A DNA stretch of 63,523 nucleotides, filler included, from Lenisia limosa (taxonomy: Eukaryota > Protista > Breviatea): the NCBI GenBank assembly GCA_001655205.1. It is 17 parts of 17 records of this genome, joined end to end, with 100 filler letters (N's around TTAATTAATTAA, not from the genome) between each part and the next. Parts side by side here need not be neighbours in the genome. Positions count along the whole stretch, not along the records: positions 38,932 to 40,765 come from LPNZ01005151.1; positions 40,866 to 48,659 come from LPNZ01009603.1; positions 48,760 to 50,424 come from LPNZ01006896.1; positions 50,525 to 53,659 come from LPNZ01008159.1; 13 more parts are not named here. One strand, 5' to 3'. This document shows positions 38,960 through 50,622 of this stretch, piece by piece. Position 1 is the stretch's first letter, and every line of letters starts with the position of its first letter. The translations under genes were made by a program, and so were the position numbers. The notes beneath the pieces were generated by a model. The model was not told the origin of the DNA. It made no database searches and saw nothing but the letters and a program-made list of their open reading frames with translations.

Positions 38960-39950
38960 CTAACCTGTGAACACATCTGTAGTCTATCGACGAGGAACTG
39001 CGAAAGAAGGGCTTATGATCCACCGAGAGGTTCAAGTGACGTTCTCAGAAAGGGACTTCCCATTGTTCTTAGCTTCGTTATTACATTCTAAAAACGTTGT
39101 AAAAACCCCGATCATTTTCAACGCCCACCTGGCACCATGGTCATGGCCCTGCTCTGATTCTGAACCGACCTTTCCAGTTCGCCGGCGGGTATTACTTTGA
39201 TTTCATCTTCTTTTATACCCCTGGAATTTTTCATACCCGTTCCTTTTTACCCGGATTTGTCTTAAGTTTATTAATTCAAAACATTTTTCTTTTAGAGGGC
39301 GTTTTAACTGTGAGTGTGTGGAGTCTTACACACACTCACAGCTAAAACTCCCTCTAAAAGAAAAATGTTTTGACCTGCTTTTCCGGAAAGTGTCATCGGC
39401 CTCAACTTGTTCACGACCTTGACGAGGAAGGAGGTTTGCTTTGGACTAATATGATATATATCGATATACTGTATAGTATACTATTTGCCAAAGCCTCATC
39501 GTATTTGAGATCTGTTGAGTCCCCATTCACTGTGAAGTTTTGTTACAAATAGAGGATGAAGTCTCTTGATATAATATGTACTACTATCTATACACATTAT
39601 ATTCATATTAAGTCTCTCTTAAAATTAGGATTTCTATGATCTTAGTTTCAATTGAGACTTTATTGCAAAAAATCATAATACAGTATGATATATGATATAT
39701 AATGTATTACAGTATACATTATATGTATATATTATATATATTACAGTATACAGGGATCATAAGCCCTATCTGGCCAGAGTAATGCCATTTTCCACCTTCA
39801 ATTTGACAAGATTGTTTTTGTACGGGATCAATTCACCAAAGTAGCCTCTTATTTTGTTTAGTTCTTCGCCATCAACATCAGACACCCGGCCCACATCACT
39901 GAGACTATGTGAGCGGGGTTTGACTGGGATTTCGGCTAATAATAAATCCT
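38960..39950 (-). CDS. Multi-exon unknown protein
   Basis: Open exon AEIPVKPRSHSLSDVGRVSDVDGEELNKIRGYFGELIPYKNNLVKLKVENG plus further GT-AG-bounded pieces at ~39380-39450 and ~39125-39195. Confidence 0.35.
39276..39373. repeat. Near-perfect ~45-bp inverted repeat (foldback hairpin)
   Basis: tcaaaacatttttc...ctgtgagtgtgtg, short loop, cacacactcacagc...gaaaaatgttttga. Confidence 0.85.
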
Positions 39951-40989
39951 TCTTTATAATGATGTATGGGATGTAGCTGACCATTTTTCAGTTATTCTTC
40001 AACAACTTCTCCTGGCTATACAGGCAGGTTATAAGAGGTTAGTTATCTTGTTATTTGGATTAAGGTGGTTCTTTTTTATCTTGTTATTTGGATTAAAGTT
40101 TTTTTTTGATTATATAGAAAAATGAAATAATTGCGTAAGTAATCTTAATGACTCTTATGGATTATTCCGCAGGGTAATTTTCCATATGAAACAAATTCGG
40201 GTACATCTTTTTTCAAATACTCATTTCATATTATGACAACGCACAACTAACACTGTCATATTGTCTATATGTTGCTTTTTTGCTCATATAGTCTCGGTTA
40301 GTCACATTCCAGGCTATTTTGACCCCTTTTGAAGAAATTTCATGTCTGTACTGTTTTATATCAAAAACTACGCTGCAAAATCATCCCGAAGGGTCATTAT
40401 AATTACTAACAAAATTGTTCAATTGTTTTTGCGAAATACAAAAAGGACTGAACCACCTCTATAATACTGAAAAGGTCCGGTGTTGTATCTCTTTGTTGTT
40501 AGACATTTAGAAGAAGGAGAGGAGAGGTGAGAGTTTTCATAATAGGAGCAAAGCTCTTGTTTGCTCCTATTATTTGCAATAGGTCTAATGTGTTATGATA
40601 TGATGTAACATAACCTATTTTTTATTTCTCTATATTTGTATGTATACAATGTATTGAATGACCGGAATAAGTCTTGACTGATTTTCTACGTAATTTCCAA
40701 GGGGAAATCGGTCAAGACATATCCCGGTCACTGTATAGAAATATATATATGACACACTAATACATNNNNNNNNNNNNNNNNNNNNNNNNNNNNNNNNNNN
40801 NNNNNNNNNTTAATTAATTAANNNNNNNNNNNNNNNNNNNNNNNNNNNNNNNNNNNNNNNNNNNNCGTACACTGCGTATTATAAGATAGCGGCCCCTCAG
40901 AACACTACGTATTATTAGATTGTGTGGCAGATGTACCTGGTCACAAAGTTACTTGAAATAGTGTATTACTAGATGCATGCGAGAACTTC

Positions 40990-41537
40990 AGGAGAATAGG
41001 TCTAGAGGGATAAACACTTTTTAGATATGATAGTTATTTGTTTGTGAGGAGGAATTGAGACATTGACACTAGAGTTGTTTTTAGGTACTGTGAGAGAGTG
41101 AGATGTTTTAGGGGGAGAGTGACATACTGTTTTTGAATCAATAGACAAAAACAACAAAACCCTGAGATAACACAAAGTCGGGGTATTTTTTTCTGGTCTG
41201 GGCTTTTGTGTGTATCTTTGTGTATGTGTTATAATACATAAATGTGAGTAGGGGGCGGGGGGTTATGAGATGTCCCCCCCCCCCCTCATTTTATACTTAT
41301 TTGTTTTATATTATTCTATCACCGCCACCCAGAATAGATAAAAGTGGAATTTGTTAGAACACAATTTAAAGCTAAAACACTATTTTAGCTACAAAATGTG
41401 GTTAACATCGCTTTTATTCGAGATATGGAACAAAAAATATTGAAAAAACAACTCTAGTGTCAATGTCTCAATTCCTCCTCACAAACAAATAACAATCATA
41501 TCTAAAAAAGTGTTTGTCCCTCTTGACCTATTCTCCT
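40990..41537. mobile_element. Non-autonomous long-TIR element (~95-bp TIRs, ~550 bp)
   Basis: 40990-41083 (aggagaataggtctagaggg...ctagagttgttttt) is almost exactly the reverse complement of 41443-41537. Confidence 0.8.
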
Positions 41538-41589
41538 CCTCCTTTCTCTTTCCCTCTCTCCTTGATCTCACTCTCGCTATCGTGACATC

Positions 41590-44500
41590 TAGGTTGGATT
41601 TAACGCAGCTCTTCATTCGGTATCATTCCTAAATATATTGTGATGCCCCGTAGCCAATCATACATTCCGTCTTACCCCTCCCTCTGGCAGAATTCCCTGT
41701 CTGCTACATTACAGAGCCCAACGAGCTGACCCATTCCGAGCCTTCCGGGGATAACCTGGTCACCCCGGAGGTGGGATAATATGATATGTATTATATTCTA
41801 CGCCAGATATAATTGCTTTTATTTCTCTCAATACTTTTTTATATATTCTATATGATAATGGGCAGATGGGGGGTCTCAGCATATCTCTTCTTGGGTCATT
41901 TTTATGCGTGTGAACTATCATCATTTCGACGCAGTGATATGATACCGTATATCCACTTATATGATAATTGACCGACAAGTCTCAATGATACTCTGACACA
42001 CTCGGGATGAACCCTCGTGTTCTTCGTTCATCATTTCGACTCGAAAGTCGGTCTTATGATCATATTACCGGTGGATATGGGTTAACATTATACTGTCATA
42101 GGATGATGCAAATTTATGATGGTGTTGTATACATACACATTATGACGATGGGAGGTGGGGTTACATTCCGATATGGCGGCGAAACCTTCCCGAAGTAACC
42201 TGGTCACCCCGGAGATGGGAGGATATGTAGGGCTTCACTTCGGTTCAAAAAAACACTGAATTTCTCGATAAATCTTCGAAAACTATCGATATTTTACTGG
42301 ACTTTTTTGAACCGAAGTGAGACCCTTGGGATATGATATGTATGATATTAACCCAATCATTTTTTCATAAATGTAATTTACCCCCCCCCCCACATATAAC
42401 AATATTTCTCCTTACATCTTTTCGTGTATTATAATGTGCGTGAGGACGGCTTCGACCAGAGAAACCTTGTTTTATTCTCATCTCTATGATATCTCATTTT
42501 CTTTGTTTACTATCATATTTTTGCTGTATATCATTAATATAGAAAGTATATCATTTAGAAAGTGTATCATATCATACTACTTTCATCTCTCACCATCCTC
42601 AGCTCTTCGCCCAAGGAACCCCGGTGAATGTTGAGGTATTTGGGCTTAAATTCCAAGCATTGTTTTTTGATGTAGTAAAAGTAGGGCTTCACTTTGTTTC
42701 GATAAAAGACTGAGTTTCTCTATATATCCTCGAAAACTATCGATATTTTTCTGGATTTTTTCGAACCGAAGTGAAGCCCAAAGTAAAAGAGATGTACAAG
42801 CACAGCCACCCCTCCCCCGACTTCAAATTTTGAATTTTATTTTTCAATTAATTACATGGAGCAGCCCTACTTTGTTGCTCTCAACACTTGTTTGTTAGCA
42901 GAGTCGTTTATTTTACCAATAGTCGATTTTTTTTGTAACTTTACTCCATTATTCGTCTTTTCACACCCCCGACAGAAGGAAATCAGCTTAAAGCTTGATC
43001 TGTCTTTTCTGCAAAAGAAAGAAATGCCCATTCCTCCTGCGCCTAAATCGGGGTTAGGTGGGGTGCTTGTTTGTGGGGTTGTTTTCTGTTTTCTAATATA
43101 TTNNNNNNNNNNNNNNNNNNNNNNNNNNNNNNNNNNNNNNNNNNNNNNNNNNNNNNNNNNNNNNNNNNNNNNNNNNNNNNNNNNNNNNNNNNNNNNNNNN
43201 NATTGTTGGTTTTATTTTTTGTTATGCTTTATAATTTTCCATTTTTACCCGTGTTGCTCTTTTTTGGAGTTTTAGTTTATTCGATTCGAGATTAGCACCT
43301 TTACGCCAATATTCTTCATTAAAATTTCCTTCGTTTACCCCCCCCCCCCNNNNNNNNNNNNNNNNNNNNNNNNNNNNNNNNNNNNNNNNNNTTACACCTC
43401 ATAATTGTAAAATTTCCACCTTGTAATTATCTGCAGAATTGAAGCAGCCGGTGTCAGCTATCGCTCAACTTATTCCGTGGGGGGGGGGTTGTTAGGGGAA
43501 TGGGTGGTGATTTATTACAATTAGGACTTCACTTTGGTTTGAAAAAGACTGGTAGAATATCGATAGTTTTCTAGGATTTATCGAGAAAACTGTATTTTTC
43601 AAACCGAAGTGAAGCCCTAATTCCAATGAGATAGAGGGCTTGAAGCAAGAAACCTAGGAGTGTAAATTAAGGTGATTTAAAGGAGGGTGCCAATCCACAC
43701 AGGTAAAGCTTGATTTTGGCGGTATTTGTAGTTTATCCGAGCCAGTTTCTGGGCTGGCACCCTGCTTTAAGAGGACCACACACGCTCCCCCTTTCGTATT
43801 TGGAAATCCCTAAGGCCCCATCCCCCCTTTTTTTGTGTGTTGCATTCTGGGCTTTTTTGTTTCATAATTTTTCTATTTTACGTACACTGGTATGATGGGA
43901 TGCGGTGCTGCAGAAGCGNNNNNNNNNNNNNNNNNNNNNNNNNNNNNNNNNNNNNNNNNNNNNNNNNNNNNNNNNNNNNNNNNNNNNNNNNNNNNNNNNN
44001 NNNNNNATTGTCCAATTTCACTCCTCTACCCCTCTATCATGATCAATCACTAACACATCAGGATGAACCGGCGATACCATCGCACCTCCCCCTCTACTCC
44101 TACAATGAGCTGGTTTGTTGACGAGTCTTAGTCTTCCAAATGCTTCGCTTCTGGTCCAAAATTGTTTTTTAAAACAATAGAAATAATAATACATAGAAAT
44201 ATGGAAAAAATAATACATAGGGATACCATAAACAAATTGCCATACTTCTGTTCCAAAATCGGGGGCTTTTGTATCCTAAAATTCAGTATCTCTTATAAGC
44301 GATGATGTGGACGGCTTCAGCTGCAACCTTTTTCTATTTCCCATTGATATATATACATATAATTCTGCCTTTAATATAAACACATTCATGATGTTTTCCT
44401 TCCTCCTATTTGTGGTTATCTACCCTCTTGTTGAATTTGACAATAGCATTGATTTATAGTTTTATTTGGTTTGAATATGTATCCTCACCCCCACCCTATC

Positions 44501-45041
44501 ATCTCTACACCCTAATCCACTTATGCTGGAGTGCTGGGATGCAGTGCTGCAGAAGTGACTAGCCTGGGCCTTTTGTGTTTTGTTGTTATCAACCCTCGTG
44601 TGTTGTCAGCCAAAAGAGTTGATTTGGGCTTTTTTTATTCATAAATTTTCCAATTTTTTCGATTTTACCACCCCCCACCTAGGACGAAGACCACCGTTCT
44701 TCAGTTCCTATACTCAGCTCAGTTGCCGTCCTCTCCAGTCACCAATCAAGNNNNNNNNNNNNNNNNNNNNNNNNNNNNNNNNNNNNNNNNNNNNNNNNNN
44801 NNNNNNNNNNNNNNNNNNNNNNNNNNNNNNNTACCAAAAAATGTTAATAATAATAAAATGAATTAGTCGGTTTATTTTCAAAACTTGCACATTGCTTCAA
44901 CATGGGCTTTTTTGTTCATAATTTTTTCCAATCGTTACTCCGCACAGATCCAGAGTGTCTTCGGGAAGCAGTGCGCAGTCTAGGGTGCAACGGAGAAGTG
45001 ACCGTCTTTCAACTTCCTCAATCAACGCCGAGGTAGAATGA
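41590..45041 (+). CDS. Multi-exon unknown low-complexity protein, 3' part
   Basis: EFPVCYITEPNELTHSEPSGDNLVTPE|LFAQGTPVNVE|KEISLKLDLSFLQKKEMPIPPAPKS|GIEAAGVSYRSTYS|...DEPAIPSHLPLYSYNEL|DEDHRSSV...|RSRVSSG...NAEVE*. Phases are consistent where checked. Confidence 0.55.
42682..42781. mobile_element. MITE family A copy with perfect 8-bp TSD
   Basis: agtaaaag|tagggcttcac...gtgaagcccaa|agtaaaag. Further copies at 42228-42327 (7/8 TSD), 43522-43619 (7/8), 17576-17685, 21498, 21917-22016, 26843-26941, 47083-47181, 48128-48269, 57760-57858, 59347-59443 and 60508-60607, plus half copies. Confidence 0.92.
44524..44682 (+). repeat. Repeat family I (intron 3'-end element), best full-length copy, ending at an AG acceptor
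   Basis: gctggagtgctgggatgcagtgctgcagaagtgactagcctgggc...aaccctcgtgtgttg...agagttgatttgggctttt...cataaattttccaatttt...ttaccaccccccacctag|exon. About 20 copies or fragments in the window. Confidence 0.9.
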
Positions 45042-45807
45042 TGGTCCGAGTGTAACGTAATGGCCTGATGTAATGATGGAGGGGGAAGGGAGAATGTTAT
45101 AGGATTTTTCAGGGATTTTTCTTTTTTTGTTTTCTTTTTTATAATGCATGTTTATTGTTTCCTTAGATGTTAGTTGATAACGTTTGAATTGTTTTCTGAA
45201 ATTCCAATTCACCCGCGTAAAAACTGGAGTCAAATTTGGGAGTGTTTCGAATTAAATTTCTTCCCTGTGTAAACAGACGCTCAAATATAACAATAACAAT
45301 CACAAAGTGGAATGACGAGGTGAGCTAAGGGGGTAGGGAGGTAGAGGATGGAATTCTCAGGAAGCAGGAGGATTTGATGGTAAATATTGCTGCTGTGAAC
45401 TTGTTTGGGTATACTATGTAGCAAGGGTAGAAATATATTTTCTTGCCGTGTGCGTCTTAAATCTCGAGTCCTTACTCAATGCATATTCCATTCTCATTCA
45501 AGGGATAAAAGCGTACCGTGGAAACGTTCATCCATCATCTTGCTTGCTAATTCCTTCCTTGCTCATCAACAAATCACCTCAAGCACACTAAAATTGACGT
45601 GAACGGAATGCAATTTGTTCTGACCTTGCCCAGACGATCTACTGGTGTTACATTATTCATATCATATGCATATCAAAAAGAAACCTTACCAAAAACCATA
45701 ACACCAAAACAAGAAAACCAAATAGAAAAGCAAACATACAGAGACAGCAACATCACATAAGAACATAAGTATCAAAACAACATATATAGCGCAGCAGTTC
45801 TTCCCTC

Positions 45808-48487
45808 CTATTTTGAGAAGGTGGTGGATCGGTCCCAATCTTGAGGGGGTGGATTGTCAAGATATTTTTCGGCCACTTGGCGAAGTCGGAGAGCCGGGCC
45901 ATCCTAGAAGGAGAGGGGAGTAAAATTGGAAAAATAATTCAACAACTTCTTAGGACGAGGGAGGGGGGGGGGGTTATAAAANNNNNNNNNNNNNNNNNNN
46001 NNNNNNNNNNNNNNNNNNNNNNNNNNNNNNNNNNNNNNNNNNNNNNNNNNNNNNNNNNNNNNNNNNNNNNNNNNNNNNNNNNNNNNNNNNNNNNNNNNNN
46101 NNNNNNNNNNNNNNNNNNNNNNNNGGATTGGAAACTAAGAAGAGATAATAATGGGCTTCCTAGGGAGGAGGCAACTAATAAAAAACTAAATTAAACTAAT
46201 TCGCAATTAATTTCGAGAAACTATCGGTCCAAAAAATTAATTTCAAATTAATTTTAGAAAAGAGTGATTGCACGGACTTCTAATAACTGCAATATTCCAA
46301 CACTCGATCATACCTTGGGGTGCCTGGCAAGAATTAAGTCAACCTCTTTGATGCACTGTTCAAAGCCTTCCTCCGTGTTGAACCACAAGAACTACACAGA
46401 GAGATGAGAAATAGGGAAATAAAACAGAAAAAATAAATGAAAGGGATTGATCAAATAATTAATAATTAAAGCAAGTAAAGTTGCAAACGTTGAATTGTGA
46501 AGGAGCATATCAGAGGACAAAAAAAAAAGGTTTCAAATGCAGTGTTTAGCAACGGTTATATTTCAGAAATAGCAGACAAAGGTTGCGTGGAGACTTTATC
46601 CACATCAGCACCTGGCTTCCATACCTTGAGTGCCTGATGCCATGAAGTGATCATACTACTGGTGGAGGGCGGAAGTTCTGAGGAAGTCATAAAAGTTGAA
46701 TAGTATTTGGTGAAGCCTTATTTTTAGGGCTCCGTTCAATTAATTGAAAAATGTATTGCAAAATTTCAAGTGGAACATATTAACGAGAACCCTTTTTCAG
46801 ACACTATTATTTCTTATTGTGCCAATTAATTTCCTCAAAAAATTAATTGCACGCACTATTATATCAGATAATATGTGCGATCGAAAAGAGGACTTTGAAA
46901 CAACTTCATGAAACCTCGAAAATCCCCCCCCCCCCNNNNNNNNNNNNNNNNNNNNNNNNNNNNNNNNNNNNNNNNNNNNNNNNNNNNNNNNNNNNNNNNN
47001 NNNNNNNCAAGGGAAGGAATACTAACTTCATCCTGGGGGTAAATCGAAGAGACTGTGCAATATGATAAGAGCTTAATATGATAAGAGCTTCCCTTCGGTA
47101 CCAAAAAGACTGAATTCCTCGATAAATCCTCGATTAATATCGATATTGTAACGGTCTTTTTCGGACCGTAGGGAAGCCCTTAATTATATGATAAGAATGA
47201 AGCTGAGACTAAGGAACTCATACTCCCTTCCACGGCTAAAGTTTCAGTTCTTGAAAAAAAAAAAATGTATGAAAACTCGCATTCGCAGGGAACAGGCTTC
47301 GGTCAAAGAATAATCGACTATTTCGAAGAAACTCGAAGGATTTATGAGAGCTTAGCACGGCTGCGCTCAGAAACCCTTTGCACTAAGGCCCACCAACCAA
47401 AGAAGGAACACGAGAGATATTAGGGGTCTCAGTACAAGTGCTATAGGGCGATTCGGTGCGTGAAGGAGGCGCAGTGTCTGTCAGGACTTCTTCGTCATCT
47501 TTGAGACCCATCAGCTCATATATGTAAGTGACAGATTGACGGCCCGCAACCTGGGAGTGGACATAAGAAGAGAAGTACAAATCGGTTCATTCAGTCTTTT
47601 CTTGAACCAAACTGAAGCCCTACTTATATCACTTGTATTTTGAAATATCGTCCCTGTGACTCAACAAGGAGCCCTTCAACCCACAGACTTTGACTCTATC
47701 CAACAAGCGGGCGTTGACACGCTTCTTTACGACATTGTAAGTTTGGTCTGTGATGATGGAGGATACCTGGTCGGAGTAAAGATTTAATACTACCAGGTAA
47801 TCAGAGCATGAGCATACAAAACTCAACAACTGGATAGAGGAAGGGTTGAAATTAATAGATACATATCATATTTTGTAGTACATCCTTACATGCAGTAATA
47901 TACTATCCATATCATTTGTAATAATAACATATTTTAGGTATAATATGTTACATCTATGAAATATGGCATGTACATGTAGTACAAATACATAATATCGGTG
48001 ACCCTCCCACTCCATAAGCTTTGCAAAGGTTCTCGCAGCGAGATGCCAGGTTGACGTTATCACCCAAAATACCATATTTCATACGTCTATCGGACCCTAA
48101 AAAACAGTCAAAAAAGGGGCCATGGAGCAAGACATTCACTTTCGTTTACAAAAAAGACTGAAATCTCGATAAATCTTCGATAAATCTTTAATAGATCCTC
48201 GAAAATTCTCGATAAATTCCGATAAATATCGATATTTTGTCAGTCTTTTGAAACCGAAGTAAAGCTCTAGAAAAATAGCTGTTGATGACCCACCCCCCCT
48301 GATATATTATATGTAGCAATGAGGTATAAAACAAGGTTATATCTGGCCGAAGCCGTCCATGCCATCAAGCTTCTACGAGTTTAAACACCTTGATATTGCC
48401 CCGCAACATACCAATATTACCACACAGGGCACGACCGGTTACAATTCCGCAACGAATATGAATAGGCTGAAGCTCAGGGATGCTTTC
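45808..48487 (-). CDS. Class III adenylate/guanylate cyclase, 3' part
   Basis: IHIRCGIVTGRALCGNI|GSDRRMKYGILGDNVNLASRCENLCKAYG|...DQTYNVVKKRVNARLLDRVK|VAGRQSVTYIYELMG...WHQALK|FLWFNTEEGFEQCIKEVDLILARHPK|DGPALRLRQVAEKYLDNPPPQDWDRSTTFSK*. Confidence 0.92.
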
Positions 48488-48759
48488 CTGGTTGGTGTTA
48501 GGAATAGTGTAGAGCTTTACTTTCGGTACCAAAATAAAAAGACTGAATTTCTCGATAAATCCACGATAAAGCATCCAACTTCTCACGCTCTCTAACACAC
48601 ACACACCCAACCTGGAGTCTGGCAGAGATTTCAATGCATGCCTTATGCATATCCAACACNNNNNNNNNNNNNNNNNNNNNNNNNNNNNNNNNNNNNNNNN
48701 NNNTTAATTAATTAANNNNNNNNNNNNNNNNNNNNNNNNNNNNNNNNNNNNNNNNNNNN

Positions 48760-48866
48760 GCGTGTATGTATGCGTGCGCATGTGTGCGTGTGCGTGTGTA
48801 TGTGTGCGTGTATGTACATGTATGTGCGTGTGTGTGTGTATGTGTGTGTGCGTGTGCGTGTGTGTA
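48760..48866. repeat. (TG/CG)-rich microsatellite
   Basis: Degenerate gtgtgcgtgt run at the scaffold edge. Confidence 0.85.
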
Positions 48867-49055
48867 TGATGGGGGGGGACTACCTTTTCCTCATCCCCTC
48901 CCACCCAATTTTCCCTCATTTCCCCACCTTTTTATTGAAAACAAGGCTTTATTGGAAATTCAGTCTTTTATCAGTTTGGAACCGGAAGTGAAAATTTTTT
49001 GCAAACCCATTATATTACCCACTTCATTTCCCTCCACGTTTTACTTATATTTTAG

Positions 49056-50080
49056 GGCGGAAATGGCAGAGGACTTCGACCAGGTGCATGATTTACTCCA
49101 GGTAGGGAGTTGGGGGTTGGAACATGAGACAATAATCCAGGGAAACCAATAAATTAGGGCTCAGTGCAATTAATTGGAAAATTAATTTCAAAATTTGAAG
49201 TCGGACATATTATAAAGAACCCTATTCCAGCCACTGTAATTTCTAAAATTGTCCCTCAACTAATTAATTGCATGGAGCCCTAATAATTACATAGGGAACC
49301 ATTGTATAAAATACAACTATACCCCCGCCCCCATATTCAATTCAACCAATCATTTGCCTTACACCAGCGCACACACCTTTCGGCAGTGTCCAATTAACAT
49401 AATCAAGGTGATCCGCTATTTTAGAAACAAATGCAAAACAAACACAGATCAGTATATTATAATCCAATATACCCCCACACACACACATAATCTTCATATA
49501 TTACCCCCCAGGTACTTGTCACATTGGTGCCTGCAGACTCGAGGGTCTTAGCCCGTCTCGGACAGACCGCCCATGATGCGGGGGATGAAAGCCAGGCTTA
49601 TCAGAGTTACTCCGAGGTTAGTTCCTCCCCCCTCCCCCCNNNNNNNNNNNNNNNNNNNNNNNNNNNNNNNNNNNNNNNNNNNNNNNNNNNNNNNNNNNNN
49701 NNNNNNNNNNNNNNNNNNNNNNNNNNNNNNNNNNNNNNNNNNNNNNNNNNNNNNNNNNNNNNNNNNNNNNNNNNNNNNNNNNNNNNNNNNNNNNNNNNNN
49801 NNNNNNNNNNNNNNNNNNNNNNNNNNNNNNNNNNNNNNNNNNNNNNNNNNNNNNNNNNNNNNNNNNNNNNNNNNNNNNNNNNNNNNNNNNNNNNNNNNNN
49901 NNNNNNNNNNNNNNNNNNGCCAAAAAGTGACTGAATTTATCGATAAATCCTCGATAAATCCTCATATAATATCGTCATTTTGGCTTATAAGGAATTATAG
50001 TGTGGATGGGTGCGTATTTTGTCCGTAGTGAGGCCTACGAACAGGCTATTCCGTACTCCAATATGGCTGCCCAAGTCGAA
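49056..50080 (+). CDS. IFT88: Intraflagellar transport protein 88 (TPR), internal exons (49056-49101, 49512-49616, ~49991-50070)
   Basis: AEDFDQVHDLLQ|VLVTLVPADSRVLARLGQTAHDAGDESQAYQSYSE|...IIVWMGAYFVRSEAYEQAIPY resembles the IFT88 VPxD..VL.RLG....DESQA and WLGAY..SE.YEKAI segments. It is divergent. Confidence 0.8.
49155..49282. mobile_element. MITE family B (TIR TAGGGCTCCGTGCAATTAATT)
   Basis: tagggctcagtgcaattaatt...aattaattgcatggagcccta. Other copies or fragments at ~16505-16620, 17025-17162, 17920, 22775-22798, 46250-46281, 46724-46858 and 51860. Confidence 0.8.
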
Positions 50081-50622
50081 TATACAGAAAATATCCTAAA
50101 TATCGATAAATAACGATAAATCCATGATAAAATAACGATAAATCCATGATAAAATAACGATAAATCCATGATAAATATCGCTGTTGTTGGCTTATAAGGA
50201 ATGGGAGATGTAAACCCCATCAGCCCATCCCCCCTTGACACTCCCTGATACATCGAAATTTTCTTTGTTATACTCTCCCTCTCATAAATCCCTCCTCCGG
50301 GTGCTGCAGCAGAGACTGGCCCGGGCTTTGTTTCTTTTGTTGTTAGTGAAAAGAGTTGATTTGGGCTTTTTTGTTTCATAAATTTTCCAATTTTACCATA
50401 CGCTGGAGTGATGGTATGCGGTACNNNNNNNNNNNNNNNNNNNNNNNNNNNNNNNNNNNNNNNNNNNNTTAATTAATTAANNNNNNNNNNNNNNNNNNNN
50501 NNNNNNNNNNNNNNNNNNNNNNNNATATGTACTAATAATATGCAATGCGAGAATATAAAAACCTCCAGAACCTTACCGCTCCTATAAATCCAACCCTCCC
50601 TTTTGCCCACCTTTTGCCTCCC

